Assembly (NCBI GenBank): GCA_963848305.1
Contig: CAWKDC010000001.1
Location: 480,001 to 544,000 of the forward strand
Length of the DNA stretch: 64,000 bases
Reading direction: 5' to 3'
Source: an uncultured Gammaproteobacteria bacterium
Lineage (GTDB): Bacteria > Pseudomonadota > Gammaproteobacteria > JABCZS01
The notes below the pieces were generated by a model. The model did no database searches, was not told the origin of the DNA, and saw nothing but the letters and a program-made list of their open reading frames with translations. Each line of letters starts with the position of its first letter. The stretch's first letter is position 1. Positions 11,801 through 21,619 of this stretch are shown in pieces. Made by a program: the position numbers and the translations under genes.

Positions 11801-11887
11801 AAAACCAATGTACCCGACAATCAGCAAAACAAGGTTGATGACGATGGCCAATACCGGCCGCTCAATACACAATTGTGATAAACGCAT
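8864..11887 (-). CDS. RND efflux transporter permease (AcrB/HAE1 family)
   Basis: 1007 aa; AIGLVVDDAIVMLENI, RLRPILMTT, N-terminal IERPVLA. Confidence 0.95.
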   Translation of the reverse strand: MRLSQLCIERPVLAIVINLVLLIVGYIGFDRLTVRELPKTEQFTVEIATSYTGANAELIEKQITIPIEDAIAGVEGLDVISSKSRQGRSSVVVTFVADYNISEGMNDIRDQLSRVRKRLPDDADDPVLTKADPNASPSIYISFSDVNRDPLALTDYIDRYIKTELQQVEGVGNIHIFGARKYSVRIWPDPLRMASRKVTVGDIKEVLLEQNQSLPSGDIKGIYRNVIIDPDTKLSHVDEFKSLVLRDDAGKMVRLSDVSDVNIGPLDENTAVRVDGKSSLVLAVVPQSTANPVDVSAGVKARLEAFEKNLPEGMKVTVSFDNATFIKSSIDGVYKTIYEAIVLVVLVVFAFLGSMRSSLIPIITIPLCLIATFGLIYVLGYSINTMTLLAMVLAIGLVVDDAIVMLENIFRYREAGMAPVEAAKKGSEEIGFAIIAMTLTLAAVYAPIGFTPGFTGAIFREFAFTLAGAVIVSGFVALSLSPMMCAYILPKQLEQNRYTVWLEHFMQRMDNRYRYWLSFFLQRRKVVVFFFIGIAAAGGFLFATLPSELAPTEDMGAVFVSVSAPTNSSFNYLDEIMTSVQSALIDTPERENLVVVTGTGGTESGIAFLVLKPWDERSRKQSAITQDVQQKLWRIPGAQIFAIDLPPIDSGSGGNTPIDMVVQMSGTYEELAEVMTSLQTALSKYPGLNSVQTDLKMDSQQISVKINRDLISNLGISFIDLNDAMNILFAGRHISDFESSGENYDVMVQLKEDLRSNPDQINHIYLRAKTGRMVPLSAVITLEPVVRANTLPHYNRMRAARLTANLSPGYSLSDAVEAIDSISLSALPANAKTSWAGFTKDYMESSGAMVMTVLLSLIFIYLVLSAQFESFRDPLIIMLTVPFSIIGALLMLKITGGTNNIYTQIGFVTLIGLITKHGILITDVANKLSAKGLDTFEAVSEAAVMRLRPILMTTGAMVLGAIPLALASGAGAVSRSQMGWVIVGGMLFGTLFSLLVVPVAYTFISKR

Positions 11888-12945
11888 TAGGCACCTGCCG
11901 CTTCGGTTAAAATTTCAACCTTTGAACCATCACGTAAGCTTTGATGACCTCGAGCAACCACAGTTTCATTTGCTTTCAAGCCTTGCAGAATTTCAACCCG
12001 ACCCTTGAGACGTGAACCAATCATCACGGCACGGCTTTGCACTGCATCTTTGTCGATCACAAATACTTTGTAACCGGTAATCGTGGCGATGACAGCTTCT
12101 TCAGGCACACTCAACGCATTCGGATTTTCAGATAACACTTGAGACACTTCACCCGACAAACCTGGCGATAAAGATTCCATGGGGTTTTCAAAATGGGCTT
12201 CAACTGTAATTGTCCGTGTATCCACGTCGACCTGAGGACTGACAAAACTCACATATCCTTCGAACACCTGCTCAGGAAATGCGCTGGTATGAAAACGCAC
12301 GACTTTACCGAGTGACAACTGGTTCAAGTAACGCTCGGGCACCGCATATTGCACTTTCAGGCTGCTTTTGTCGACAATACGGACTAAATTCTGACCCGAC
12401 GTGATGTATTGACCTGGGCTCACAAAACGCAAATCCAACCTCCCCTTAAATGGCGCACGGATATTGGTTTTATCGAGCTCTGCTTGCGCATATGCGAGAT
12501 TCGCTTGAGCGACTTTTAAATTGGCATCTGCTTTATCGACTTCTTGTTGCGTGGTCGCGCCTTTCTTAATGAGTTGCGCCACACGGTCATAATCCAACTT
12601 GGCCAAGGCCACTTCTGCCATCCGCTGTGTTTGCATGGCTAGTTGGGTAGCATCATTCAACTTCACGAGCAATTGATCTTTCTCTACCATTGCGCCTTCT
12701 TGGAAGTCGACGTGAGATACAATCCCATTCAATTCAGATGCGACATTGGCCTCGTTCTCGGCAACCATCGAACCCAATGCATTCACCAACACAGGCATGG
12801 GAGAAACGGTGACTTTGGCTGCAGACACAACTGTTGTGGGGAATTCAAAACCGTGGGCAGCTTTCTTGCTAATGAACAAATATGTCACGAAAAGTATGAC
12901 AAGCATTGAAATTACCATTATAATCGTCTTTCGTTGTTTCATCAT
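11887..12945 (-). CDS. RND efflux periplasmic adaptor (MFP)
   Basis: N-terminal TM, lipoyl-like G.V..V.FQEGAMVEKDQLL, IRAPFKG; directly upstream of the permease. Confidence 0.93.
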   Translation of the reverse strand: MMKQRKTIIMVISMLVILFVTYLFISKKAAHGFEFPTTVVSAAKVTVSPMPVLVNALGSMVAENEANVASELNGIVSHVDFQEGAMVEKDQLLVKLNDATQLAMQTQRMAEVALAKLDYDRVAQLIKKGATTQQEVDKADANLKVAQANLAYAQAELDKTNIRAPFKGRLDLRFVSPGQYITSGQNLVRIVDKSSLKVQYAVPERYLNQLSLGKVVRFHTSAFPEQVFEGYVSFVSPQVDVDTRTITVEAHFENPMESLSPGLSGEVSQVLSENPNALSVPEEAVIATITGYKVFVIDKDAVQSRAVMIGSRLKGRVEILQGLKANETVVARGHQSLRDGSKVEILTEAAGA

Positions 12946-13010
12946 ACCCTCGGGTGTGTTTGTAAGGATAAATTCCTAATGAATTGCATTCTACCAAAAA
13001 AGAGGTCAAC

Positions 13011-13841
13011 ATGCCTGGCTCACACATCATTTCTAGCATAGAATCTGCATTTGATCACATCAATGAGATTTCTGCAGACAAAGCCCCTACCAACTTGCTC
13101 AACACGTTGGATGATATTATCACAGCCTTGAACCACGGCGAGCTTCGCGTCGCACAAAAAATCAATGGCACATGGCAAACACAAGAGTGGATCAAAAAAG
13201 CCATTCTACTATATTTTCGCACGCACAACAGTGAACCCATGGAAGGCGATTTGACGCGCTACTTCGATAAAGTGCCCCTCAAATATACAAACGCCACCGA
13301 CACTGATCTCAAACAAAGCGGCGTACGGCTTGTGCCTGGCGCGGTTGTGCGCGCGGGCGCGTACATTGGCCCCAATACTGTAGTGATGCCCAGCTTTGTG
13401 AATATTGGCGCATATGTCGGTTCAGGTTGTATGATAGACACCTGGGCCACAGTTGGCTCCTGCGTGCAAGTCGGTAACAACGTGCATATTTCCGGCGGTA
13501 CAGGGCTCGGTGGGGTATTAGAACCCATACAATCCCACCCCACCATCATTGAAGACGATGTCTTTATTGGCGCCCGCAGTGAGGTGGTGGAAGGCGTTCG
13601 CATTGGCGCGGGATCCGTACTCAGCATGGGCGTGTTTATCGGCGCCAGCACCAAGATCTATGACCGGACGACCGACGAGATTTTATACGGCTACGTTCCC
13701 GAAGGCAGCGTGGTTGTTCCCGGCAATCTCCCCTCGTCCGATGGCAAGTGCTCTTTGTATTGCGCTGTGATCGTCAAGAAAGTCGATCTGCAAACCCGAA
13801 AAAAAGTAGGTTTGAATGCCCTGCTGCGAGATGAATTGTAA
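13011..13841 (+). CDS. dapD: 2,3,4,5-tetrahydropyridine-2,6-dicarboxylate N-succinyltransferase
   Basis: [36 protein letters not shown], hexapeptide repeats. Confidence 0.97.
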   Translation: MPGSHIISSIESAFDHINEISADKAPTNLLNTLDDIITALNHGELRVAQKINGTWQTQEWIKKAILLYFRTHNSEPMEGDLTRYFDKVPLKYTNATDTDLKQSGVRLVPGAVVRAGAYIGPNTVVMPSFVNIGAYVGSGCMIDTWATVGSCVQVGNNVHISGGTGLGGVLEPIQSHPTIIEDDVFIGARSEVVEGVRIGAGSVLSMGVFIGASTKIYDRTTDEILYGYVPEGSVVVPGNLPSSDGKCSLYCAVIVKKVDLQTRKKVGLNALLRDEL

Positions 13842-13993
13842 CAAAATGTCAATGAAACTCTTGTTCTCATTTAAAAACAATAGGTTATAAAATATTTGAT
13901 GCACTCTCGGTTCCTTGACGATCGCCCATGCATTTGGTTTACTGTACCATGTGTGGCTTCCCTCCCGTGTATTGGTAATTAAGGTTTGTTTAA

Positions 13994-14893
13994 ATGATAT
14001 GTTCTAATAACCCTGCAATATTAAAACAAACAATTGTCAATACGTTTATAGAAGGTACCAATTTCGATGGGTTTCAACAAGCAATAACAGAATTCATTAA
14101 AATAACTGATACCTATAAAATCGATCTCAAAAATTTAACTTACAACAATGAATCATTGATTGCATACGCATTAAATCAAAATAAATTAACAACTGTGCAA
14201 ACAGCCATATACAAGCTTTATTTTTTTTGTTTGGGCGATCAAATCATTGAAACAGAGAAAGAGAAGGATTATTTACTCGCCGCCAGTCAAAAAGAAAATA
14301 CCGACCTGATTCAGGTGATATTCTATGCCTATGATGAACTCGCCAAAAGTGTTTTATATAAAGATAACGGATTACCTATTAAAGAACGGATATCCGCAGC
14401 AAAAAAACATAACAAAACATTATTGCAATATTTCAAATCACCGCAAGGAAACACGCTCATCCAGAAACCTGTTTTAATTGTTCCTATCACTGTGATAAAG
14501 CCCCCAGAACCATTTGTAATGCCTAGCCCACTCAACGACTCAAGTGATTTTTCCTCGAATTTAAAAACTGAAGAAGATAAAGAGGAAGACCTTAAACTCG
14601 ATCCCCTCCATTTCGAACAAGACACCCGCATCGGCATGGGCATTGGATGCATCTTTGCATTAACCATCATCACGCTCGCTTACACCCTCTCTGACGATAC
14701 CCTCCGAGACGGATTTTATAACATGTTTCAACACATGCATGATGACTTTCACCACACCCACGGCGACCCCACTGGGCACATCAACGTCAAATTGGGCGCA
14801 CGTGTAGGCTTCTTCTGTGTGCTGACTGCAGGTGCCGCTGCAGTCGGCGGTTTGCTATGCGGGCCGGTGCGGCGAAAATTGGGAGGCTGGTAG
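13994..14893 (+). CDS. Hypothetical AT-rich protein with a C-terminal two-TM hairpin (candidate effector)
   Basis: 299-aa ORF; weak ankyrin-like segments (ESLIAYALNQN, LLAASQKENTDLIQVI); two hydrophobic helices around a His-rich loop. Confidence 0.7.
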   Translation: MICSNNPAILKQTIVNTFIEGTNFDGFQQAITEFIKITDTYKIDLKNLTYNNESLIAYALNQNKLTTVQTAIYKLYFFCLGDQIIETEKEKDYLLAASQKENTDLIQVIFYAYDELAKSVLYKDNGLPIKERISAAKKHNKTLLQYFKSPQGNTLIQKPVLIVPITVIKPPEPFVMPSPLNDSSDFSSNLKTEEDKEEDLKLDPLHFEQDTRIGMGIGCIFALTIITLAYTLSDDTLRDGFYNMFQHMHDDFHHTHGDPTGHINVKLGARVGFFCVLTAGAAAVGGLLCGPVRRKLGGW

Positions 14894-14923
14894 AGCCGCT
14901 CATGTAGCGCCCGAAGGGAGCAA

Positions 14924-15001
14924 ATGGGGGGCTCTGCTTCTGACTCCTCTGACGAGGCTGGGGGAAATCGCATGCTGTGCCCCCCATTCCGCCGCCGCAG
15001 T
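14924..15001. repeat. GC-rich structured repeat B, copy 1
   Basis: atggggggctctg...gacgaggctgggggaaatcgcat...gccccccattccgccgccgcagt; recurs at 15387-15469; its ends form an atggggggc/gccccccat stem. Confidence 0.85.
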
Positions 15002-15003
15002 GT

Positions 15004-15373
15004 GATAACGCTTTTCTTTCGCGCCTTCAGCGCTCGATCTTTTCTTTTATACATTTCCCAGGGTTACGGTGCGCTACGCGCACCTAACCCTGGGCTATAA
15101 ACTTTAAGGCCTGCGGCCTTTGTGGATTAACGATCAATCATGAACGAGCCACGGTAAGCATGGGCAAGAGCAACAAATTTGATTTTAACGCCCCCTAGAA
15201 AAAGGGGGCAGCGCGGGGGATTGTTAATCAGCCCATTTGACGATGGCACAGATTTATTCTTCCGGATCGTCCAAATAATGCTCATGTTCTAACCAAAGCA
15301 CATTGATGATACCGCAGGCGACAGCGAGGCTGACGCCGAGAATCCAGGTGAAATACCACATAATCGTTGCTCC
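15004..15373. repeat. 370-bp direct repeat A, copy 1 (contains cydX and REP-like hairpins)
   Basis: Matches 17052-17421 with 5 substitutions by manual comparison. Confidence 0.95.
15254..15361 (-). CDS. cydX: Cytochrome bd oxidase small subunit CydX, duplicate copy
   Basis: MWYFTWILGVSLAVACGIINVLWLE; GGAG RBS retained. Confidence 0.88.
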   Translation of the reverse strand: MWYFTWILGVSLAVACGIINVLWLEHEHYLDDPEE

Positions 15374-15386
15374 CTTCGGGAGCTTC

Positions 15387-15469
15387 ATGAGGGGGCTCTG
15401 CATCTGACGCCTCTGACGAGGCTGGGGGAAATCGCATACCGTGCCCCCCCCCCATTCCGCCGCCGCAGT
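15387..15469. repeat. GC-rich structured repeat B, copy 2
   Basis: Near-identical to 14924-15001. Confidence 0.85.
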
Positions 15470-15489
15470 CACGGTTGCTCAAAATTATG

Positions 15490-15518
15490 TTGCACAACTC
15501 ATTCTTTGGTGGTATGCT
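15490..15518 (+). promoter_or_regulatory. Putative sigma70 promoter for the ankyrin gene
   Basis: TTGCAC-N17-TATGCT with TGn extension; GGAGG RBS before ATG 15546. Confidence 0.55.
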
Positions 15519-15545
15519 GTTCATACTACTCTAGGAGGCTCAGAC

Positions 15546-17056
15546 ATGGTAAACAAAGAAGCGATCAAACAGGCACTTCTGGCGGTAGATCCAGATAAAG
15601 TCGAGCTCAAAGCGCTTCTAAATCACCACGCCGAAGGGTCGGCTGAGCGACAGGCCGCCTACGATTGCGCAACTGATTTGTGCTACGAAACTGTCATGGA
15701 GCTGTATGAGAAGTACGAGAGTTTAAAAAAAGACGAAACGACGAGGAAAGAGAATCCTGACGCTATAATTAATAAATTAAGGATCAGCAAAAATAACATA
15801 AGTGTTATATTAGAAGGTCACCACAATAAAGCCGACGCTACCGATAAGATGGTCAAGATAGCGATCGAAAAATGGAATGAGGCAGCCAACTTCTCTAACT
15901 TTGTCGCTATGCTTTTTTTATTCCTTAAGAGGGATGAAAGAATCAGGCTTTTTAAGGCTATGACAGAAAAAGCCATCACATTTGTATCGCGACCATATTT
16001 TTTTCCAGCTTTTGTCGTTCAGGCTAGAACCCACTCGTTATTCCTTGACATGGATACTCTAATCATCCGTGCCAGAATTCATAGAGGACTCAGAGAAAAG
16101 TATGCTACAGATCAAATTGTTCTGGCTCCTGACGATGATGTTGACGACCCCATCATTAGATCACGCGAGCGAGAAAACAGTTTTTCAGATGACACACAAG
16201 CTCTTTTGGAATTACTTTTAAACAAAACAGGTATTTTTACAAATGATGAACTCACAGAGTCTCAAACAATAGGCAAGGAATGGCGATTACTTCGTGGCAT
16301 TGTCGCACATGGACAATTGAACTTGCTCAAAGTATTTTTGCAAGCGTATCCCCAAGCCATCAAAGAATCCCTTGCCTACAAAAATTTTGAGGCGATCAGC
16401 ACAGCGGCTGGACATGGGCACACAGATATTGCGTCGTATATACTTGCAAAGTACGCATGCGCTGACAGTAGAAAGGAAGCGATTTGTGCAGCACTACGTG
16501 CCGCCGCTTTTGCTGGCCAGCGTGACACCGTAGGACGCATTGTGCGAACCGATATATCTGCGTCACAAGCAGCTTTGGGAAATTATTCTAAAGAAAAAAA
16601 AGAGATCAGCATAGTTTGCTCATGGAAGTCATATTTTGTCGAATGATGACAAATCATCATGAACCAGAAAGCATTATTAGAATGGCTTATCCCACTGCTG
16701 ATGTAGAGCTACCAAAAAACTTGGATGAAATAGAAAATTTCGTATGGATAAAATACAGGCCTATATATAAAACCCCTGCTGCCGCAGGAGTGCTTGCCTT
16801 GCTGGTGGGAGCCGCTGTTGGCCTAGGATTGGGATATGGCGAAGTGAACATGCTCGAACCTTTTGACAATATTCACGACAGTCACAAAAATGAAAAACTG
16901 GCCATTGCAGGTGTTGCGTTTGTTGCGGCTGCACTCACGGCCCTTTTGGGTGCTTGGTATGTGAACCATGAAACGAAAAAGGCGCTGACGTTTAGAGATA
17001 CGCTGGGTAGTAGCAGTGCTAAACCAAAGGATGTTACCAACTCTGCGTTGCGATAA
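15546..17056 (+). CDS. Ankyrin-repeat protein with C-terminal two-TM hairpin; probably one gene split at the A-run near 16590-16601
   Basis: Ankyrin-like IVAHGQLNLLKVFL, AISTAAGHGHTDIASYIL, ALRAAAFAGQRDTV. ORFs 15546-16646 and 16616-17056 overlap just after aaagaaaaaaaag. Confidence 0.72.
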
Positions 17057-17421
17057 CGCTTTTCTTTCGCGCCTTCAGCGCTCGATATTTTCTTTTATAC
17101 ATTTCCCAGGGTTACGGTGCGCTACGCGCACCTAACCCTGGGCTATAAACTTTAAGGCCTGCGGCCTTTGTGGATTAACGATCAATCATGAACGAGCCAC
17201 GGTAAGCATGGGCAACAGCAACAAATTTGATTTTAACGCCCCCTAGAAAAAGGGGGCAGCGCGTGGGATTTTTAATCAGCCCATTTGACGATGGCACAGA
17301 TTTATTCTTCCGGATCGTCCAAATAATGCTCATGCTCTAACCAAAGCACATTGATGATACCGCAGGCGACAGCGAGGCTGACGCCGAGAATCCAGGTGAA
17401 ATACCACATAATCGTTGCTCC
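17052..17421. repeat. 370-bp direct repeat A, copy 2
   Basis: Matches 15004-15373; offset 2048 bp. Confidence 0.95.
17302..17409 (-). CDS. cydX: Cytochrome bd oxidase small subunit CydX (operon copy)
   Basis: Same 35-aa peptide, directly downstream of cydB; AAGGAG RBS. Confidence 0.92.
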   Translation of the reverse strand: MWYFTWILGVSLAVACGIINVLWLEHEHYLDDPEE

Positions 17422-17474
17422 TTTCTGTCATTTGTGACAACCCCCACCACAGAGGGGGGGCGTCGCACGCCACC

Positions 17475-18627
17475 TTAATATAAGGATTTATCTTCTTCCC
17501 GTATCTTCTCCGCCGTCACCTTGCCGGACAATTTACGGTACACCCAAGTGACATACACCATCACAACGGGTAAGACTAACACATTCACCACTACAATCGT
17601 TGCCAATGAGGTGTGGCCCGCTGTTGCATCCCAAATCGTTAAACTGTGTTCGGGCATAGACGAGGAAGGAAAAATGAACGGAAACATGCTGGCTCCCGCT
17701 GTCATGATCGTGCCTACCACCGCAATACCGCTGGACAGAAATGCCAGCACATTCAAACGGAACCGCGAAAAAACAATCCCGATCAACGCAGCCACTATCG
17801 CCGCTATTGGAAAATAGCGAATGAAAGGATAAACCTCATAATTTCGCATCCATGCACCGACGGCCATGGTCACGCTCTTGCCCAATGGAATGATATTGTC
17901 ATGCTCAGAACCAGACAGCTTCAACAGCTGGTAACCCGAAATTTTATACGCAATGCAATAACCTGCAAGCAAGAACAGTGCGACGTATAATAAAGATGTG
18001 ATATTCGCAATCAACCGAGCGCGATTTGCGACTGGCCCTTTCAGTGCGCATCACCAAATAATGTGCGCCATGCATGATCAACATCATGAGTGATATCAAT
18101 CCACACAAGACAGCAAAGGGATGAAATTGTTGCAACACGCTCCCTGTGTGGAAGCTTTGCATAAAGGGATTGAAATGAAACGGCACGCCCAATAACAAAT
18201 TACCAAACGCGGCTCCAAACACAATCGGGGGGACTAAGCTAGCCAGAAATAACGCCCAATCCCAGCTGGCGCGCCACTTTAACCCAGGCATTTTAGAGCG
18301 ATAATCAAAGCAAACAGGACGCAAAAAAAGTGTCCACAACAATAAAAACAAGACCCAATAGAAGACAGAAAATGACGTCGCATACGCGAGTGGCCACGCC
18401 GCAAACAATGTCGTGCCAGCTGCGATAAACCAGACTTGCTGGCCTTCCCAAATCGGCCCAATCGTATTCAATACAATCCGGCGTTCGCCATCGGTGCGGG
18501 CGACAAATGGATATATCGCACCTATCCCTAAATCAAAACCATCCGTCAAGGCAAACACGATCAAGAATAACCCGACCAAACCCCACATGATCAGCTTCAA
18601 CATCATGAAATCAAACAATGCGTCCAT
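17475..18627 (-). CDS. cydB: Cytochrome bd oxidase subunit II; frameshift near 18020-18040
   Basis: TDGFDLGIG, IGPIWEGQQVW, SLTIWDATA; two overlapping ORFs. Confidence 0.94.
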
Positions 18628-18637
18628 GGAGCCCCCT

Positions 18638-20212
18638 TTAATTTGAACGTGATGAAAACATAGCCATTTTTTCATGATAATAACGACCCGTGCCCAAACT
18701 GCTGGGGCCGAGCTTGATGTATTTCATCATCAAGAACACTTCGATCACGATCAACACGCCATATAATAAAACAAAACCTGACAAGCTTAACCAAACATCA
18801 CGCGCAGTGACACTCGAGACCGACATGAATGTCGGCAACACGCCACCAATCGTCCAGGGTTGTCGTCCCATTTCAGCAACAATCCAACCCAATTCAGCCG
18901 CAATCCAGGGAAGCGGAATACATAACACCGCAAACCACAAGAAAGGTCGATTGTGCCAAACGGTTTTCTTCATGCCGCCATACACCGCCATAAGATAGAG
19001 CAATAAGAGCAGGAAGCCACAGGCAACCATGACGCGGAAACTCCAAAATGTCACGAACACATTGGGAATGCTGTCTTTTGCAGCATTTTGAATGTCGGCC
19101 TCAGACGCATCAACCACATTGTCTGTGTAACGTTTGAGCAATAAACCATAACCCAACTCGTCCTTCACGGCATCGAACGAATCGATTAAATCTTGACTGG
19201 GATGAGGTTGGGTGCGTAATTGATTCAAGATCCCATAAGCCGTCATCCCATCACGAATCTTATCTTCATGTTCTGCGATCAACTCTTTTAACCCTTTCAC
19301 CTCTTGTGTGAAGGAACGTGTGGCAATCAAGCCCATCATCCAAGGAATTTTTACTTCATAGTCAGTGCGCATCTCTGCTTGATTGGGAATGCCAAACAGG
19401 GTAAAGCCTGCAGGCGGTTTTTGCGTGTCCCATTCCGCCTCAATCGCTGCCAATTTGACCTGCTGCACGTCGCCGATTTCATAACCGCTTTCGTCGCCGA
19501 GCACGATGACGGATAACACAGATGCCAGACCAAAGCCCGCAGCCACCGCAAAAGAACGCTTGGCGAAGGCCATGTCGCGCCCTTTCAATAGATAATAACT
19601 GCTGATACCGAGCACGAAGGTCGATGCAGCCACGTAACCAGCAGATAAAGTGTGTACAAATTTGACCTGCGCAACTGGGTTGAAAAATACTTCCGCAAAA
19701 TCGACCAATTCCATGCGCATGGTTTCGTAATTAAATTCCGCACCAATGGGATACTGCATCCATGCATTCGCGATTAATATGAAGAGCGCAGATAAATTAG
19801 AGCCGAGCGCCAATAAAAATGTGGCTGCCAAATGCTGAGGTTTGCTGAGTTTATTCCAACCAAAGAAGAATAACCCTAAAAAGGTGGATTCAAGCATGAA
19901 AGCCACGGTGCCTTCAATCGCCAAGGGAATACCGAAAATATCGCCGACATAATATGAATAGTACGCCCAATTTTGTCCAAACTGAAACTCCATCGTGAGC
20001 CCCGTCACCACGCCCATCGCAAAGTTAATCGCAAAGAGTTTGCCCCAAAATTGCGTCATGTCTTTGTAAATTTGTTTACCGGTCATGACGTAAACCGATT
20101 CCATGATCACCAGGATCCAGGACAATCCCAATGTGAGGGGCACGAACAGGAAATGAACAATCGCAGTGAATGCGAACTGAATGCGCGAAAGCTCTACCAC
20201 CGAATCAATCAT
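18638..20212 (-). CDS. cydA: Cytochrome bd oxidase subunit I
   Basis: LSRIQFAFTAIVHFLFVPLTLG, EFQFGQNW, GWIVAEMGRQPW. Confidence 0.98.
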   Translation of the reverse strand: MIDSVVELSRIQFAFTAIVHFLFVPLTLGLSWILVIMESVYVMTGKQIYKDMTQFWGKLFAINFAMGVVTGLTMEFQFGQNWAYYSYYVGDIFGIPLAIEGTVAFMLESTFLGLFFFGWNKLSKPQHLAATFLLALGSNLSALFILIANAWMQYPIGAEFNYETMRMELVDFAEVFFNPVAQVKFVHTLSAGYVAASTFVLGISSYYLLKGRDMAFAKRSFAVAAGFGLASVLSVIVLGDESGYEIGDVQQVKLAAIEAEWDTQKPPAGFTLFGIPNQAEMRTDYEVKIPWMMGLIATRSFTQEVKGLKELIAEHEDKIRDGMTAYGILNQLRTQPHPSQDLIDSFDAVKDELGYGLLLKRYTDNVVDASEADIQNAAKDSIPNVFVTFWSFRVMVACGFLLLLLYLMAVYGGMKKTVWHNRPFLWFAVLCIPLPWIAAELGWIVAEMGRQPWTIGGVLPTFMSVSSVTARDVWLSLSGFVLLYGVLIVIEVFLMMKYIKLGPSSLGTGRYYHEKMAMFSSRSN

Positions 20213-20405
20213 ACCTTTCTCCTTCAGATGTTATCAAATGTGCAGCAACGGCGATCCCATTCAGAGAAGGCCCAATCGGATTAGAAAAGAAAAAATGGTG
20301 AATCAACATGAGGCCAGCGAGTTTGATGGCGATGAGCAACCAGAGCTCCCACATGAGTGGTAGGCGCGTGGTGAAGAAAAAATCATGAACCCATTGTCGA
20401 AACAT
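20205..20405 (-). CDS. Small membrane protein upstream of cydA (CydP-like)
   Basis: WELWLLIAIKLAGLMLIHHFFFS resembles the small ORFs that precede cydA in proteobacteria; overlaps the cydA start. Confidence 0.6.
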   Translation of the reverse strand: MFRQWVHDFFFTTRLPLMWELWLLIAIKLAGLMLIHHFFFSNPIGPSLNGIAVAAHLITSEGERYD

Positions 20406-20593
20406 GGTGCGTCTCCCCTTGCTGCGGCAAGTGTAGCACATAATATCGCTTTATTGTTCCAAAGAAAATGGATAAGAATTTAACAGATAACGCGGCCATG
20501 AAACTGAAAAATAGGCTGACATTTCGTGCGTTTTTATCTGAGATCCGGTATCGATCTAAAATCTTATGTCCGCTGATATTAAATTCTCACTGG

Positions 20594-20663
20594 GTCCCGC
20601 ATAACAATCTGTGATGCCTCACCTTATTTTAATCTCCCCGAGACAGATTGTTTGCGGGATGAC
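20594..20663. repeat. Long imperfect inverted repeat (palindromic element)
   Basis: tcccgcataacaatctg ... cagattgtttgcgggatgac. Confidence 0.55.
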
Positions 20664-20694
20664 GAAGGATGTGGGGGAACGGATGCAACTTCTC

Positions 20695-21360
20695 CTACAC
20701 GACATTATCCCGAATATATGTTGGCAACGCGTGCTCGGCACTCACGACTTTCCCCTGCAAAAAATCTAACGCAGCTAATGTGACAATCGCAGCGGCTTGC
20801 GGCATGATATCTGGATAGACAGCTTTTAATGCCGGTTTTGCTTGAAAAGATGCAGCATATTCTTGAAAACCATTCCCTGCCCCGATCCACGCAGGGGGAT
20901 CGACTGGGTAAGGCGCAAGATTCGGGGCAACCACACTCTCCTCCCCCTGCAACAGCATCCCCGCTGCTTCATCCCACTGATAGAGTCCCCAATATATTTC
21001 AGACTTGCGTGCATCCAGAGCAACCGCCACGTTTTTCTCATGCGTTTGGTCGAATGCTGCATACGCCATCGCCCGCAAACTGGAAATCGGCAACACGGGC
21101 TTTTGAGCACCGAACGCTAGCCCTTGAACCATCGCGGCGGCGATCCGTATCCCCGTGAAACTGCCCGGCCCTGCCCCAAAAGCAATCGCATCCAGTTCAT
21201 TCAAGGTGATCTGAGCCTCATGCAACAAGGAGTCGACAAAAGCCAGCAACATTTGGGTATGCTCACGTGGCGCGTGCAGTGAGCGTGATAAAACCTGCCC
21301 CTTGACGCTTAAAGCGGCAGAGCATTGTTCAGATGTGGCATCGAGTGCGAGTAAAATCAT
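20695..21360 (-). CDS. tsaB: tRNA threonylcarbamoyladenosine biosynthesis protein TsaB
   Basis: LALDATSEQCSAAL, GPGSFTGIRI, LDARKSEIY, PTYIRD. Confidence 0.96.
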   Translation of the reverse strand: MILLALDATSEQCSAALSVKGQVLSRSLHAPREHTQMLLAFVDSLLHEAQITLNELDAIAFGAGPGSFTGIRIAAAMVQGLAFGAQKPVLPISSLRAMAYAAFDQTHEKNVAVALDARKSEIYWGLYQWDEAAGMLLQGEESVVAPNLAPYPVDPPAWIGAGNGFQEYAASFQAKPALKAVYPDIMPQAAAIVTLAALDFLQGKVVSAEHALPTYIRDNVV

Positions 21361-21450
21361 AGACCTGAACTCTACGCCTTTTTCTGATGATGAGCAAGAG
21401 CATGTTGTTTTGATGGATATTCTTCATCGCATGTCTCTCGCACTTTCAGC

Positions 21451-21535
21451 ATTTCCTAAGGTTCCGATGCGCAGTTTACCCCCGCAGCAGGGGCGCATCT
21501 AACCCTAGGCTATATGCTTTAAGGCCTTGCGGCTT
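21451..21535. repeat. Diverged copy of the hairpin family found in repeat A
   Basis: atttcctaaggtt..gatgcgc..gcgcatctaaccctaggctata..ctttaaggcc..gcggc versus atttcccagggtt..ggtgcgc..gcgcacctaaccctgggctata..ctttaaggcctgcggc. Confidence 0.75.
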
Positions 21536-21619
21536 CTTATCATGATTATTCATGCCACCCTTAGACAATGTTGGTGAACTATGTTAAACTGGCATGAGTG
21601 AGATTTGGAGCATACCACG

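Noticed and set aside
14894-15470. Possible CRISPR array or integron attC array
   Set aside because: Only two copies of each block, no regular repeat-spacer periodicity, no cas or integrase gene, and no clear attC core sites.
15254-15472. 72-aa extended CydX variant
   Set aside because: The extension is translated repeat B; the RBS supports the 35-aa start at 15361.
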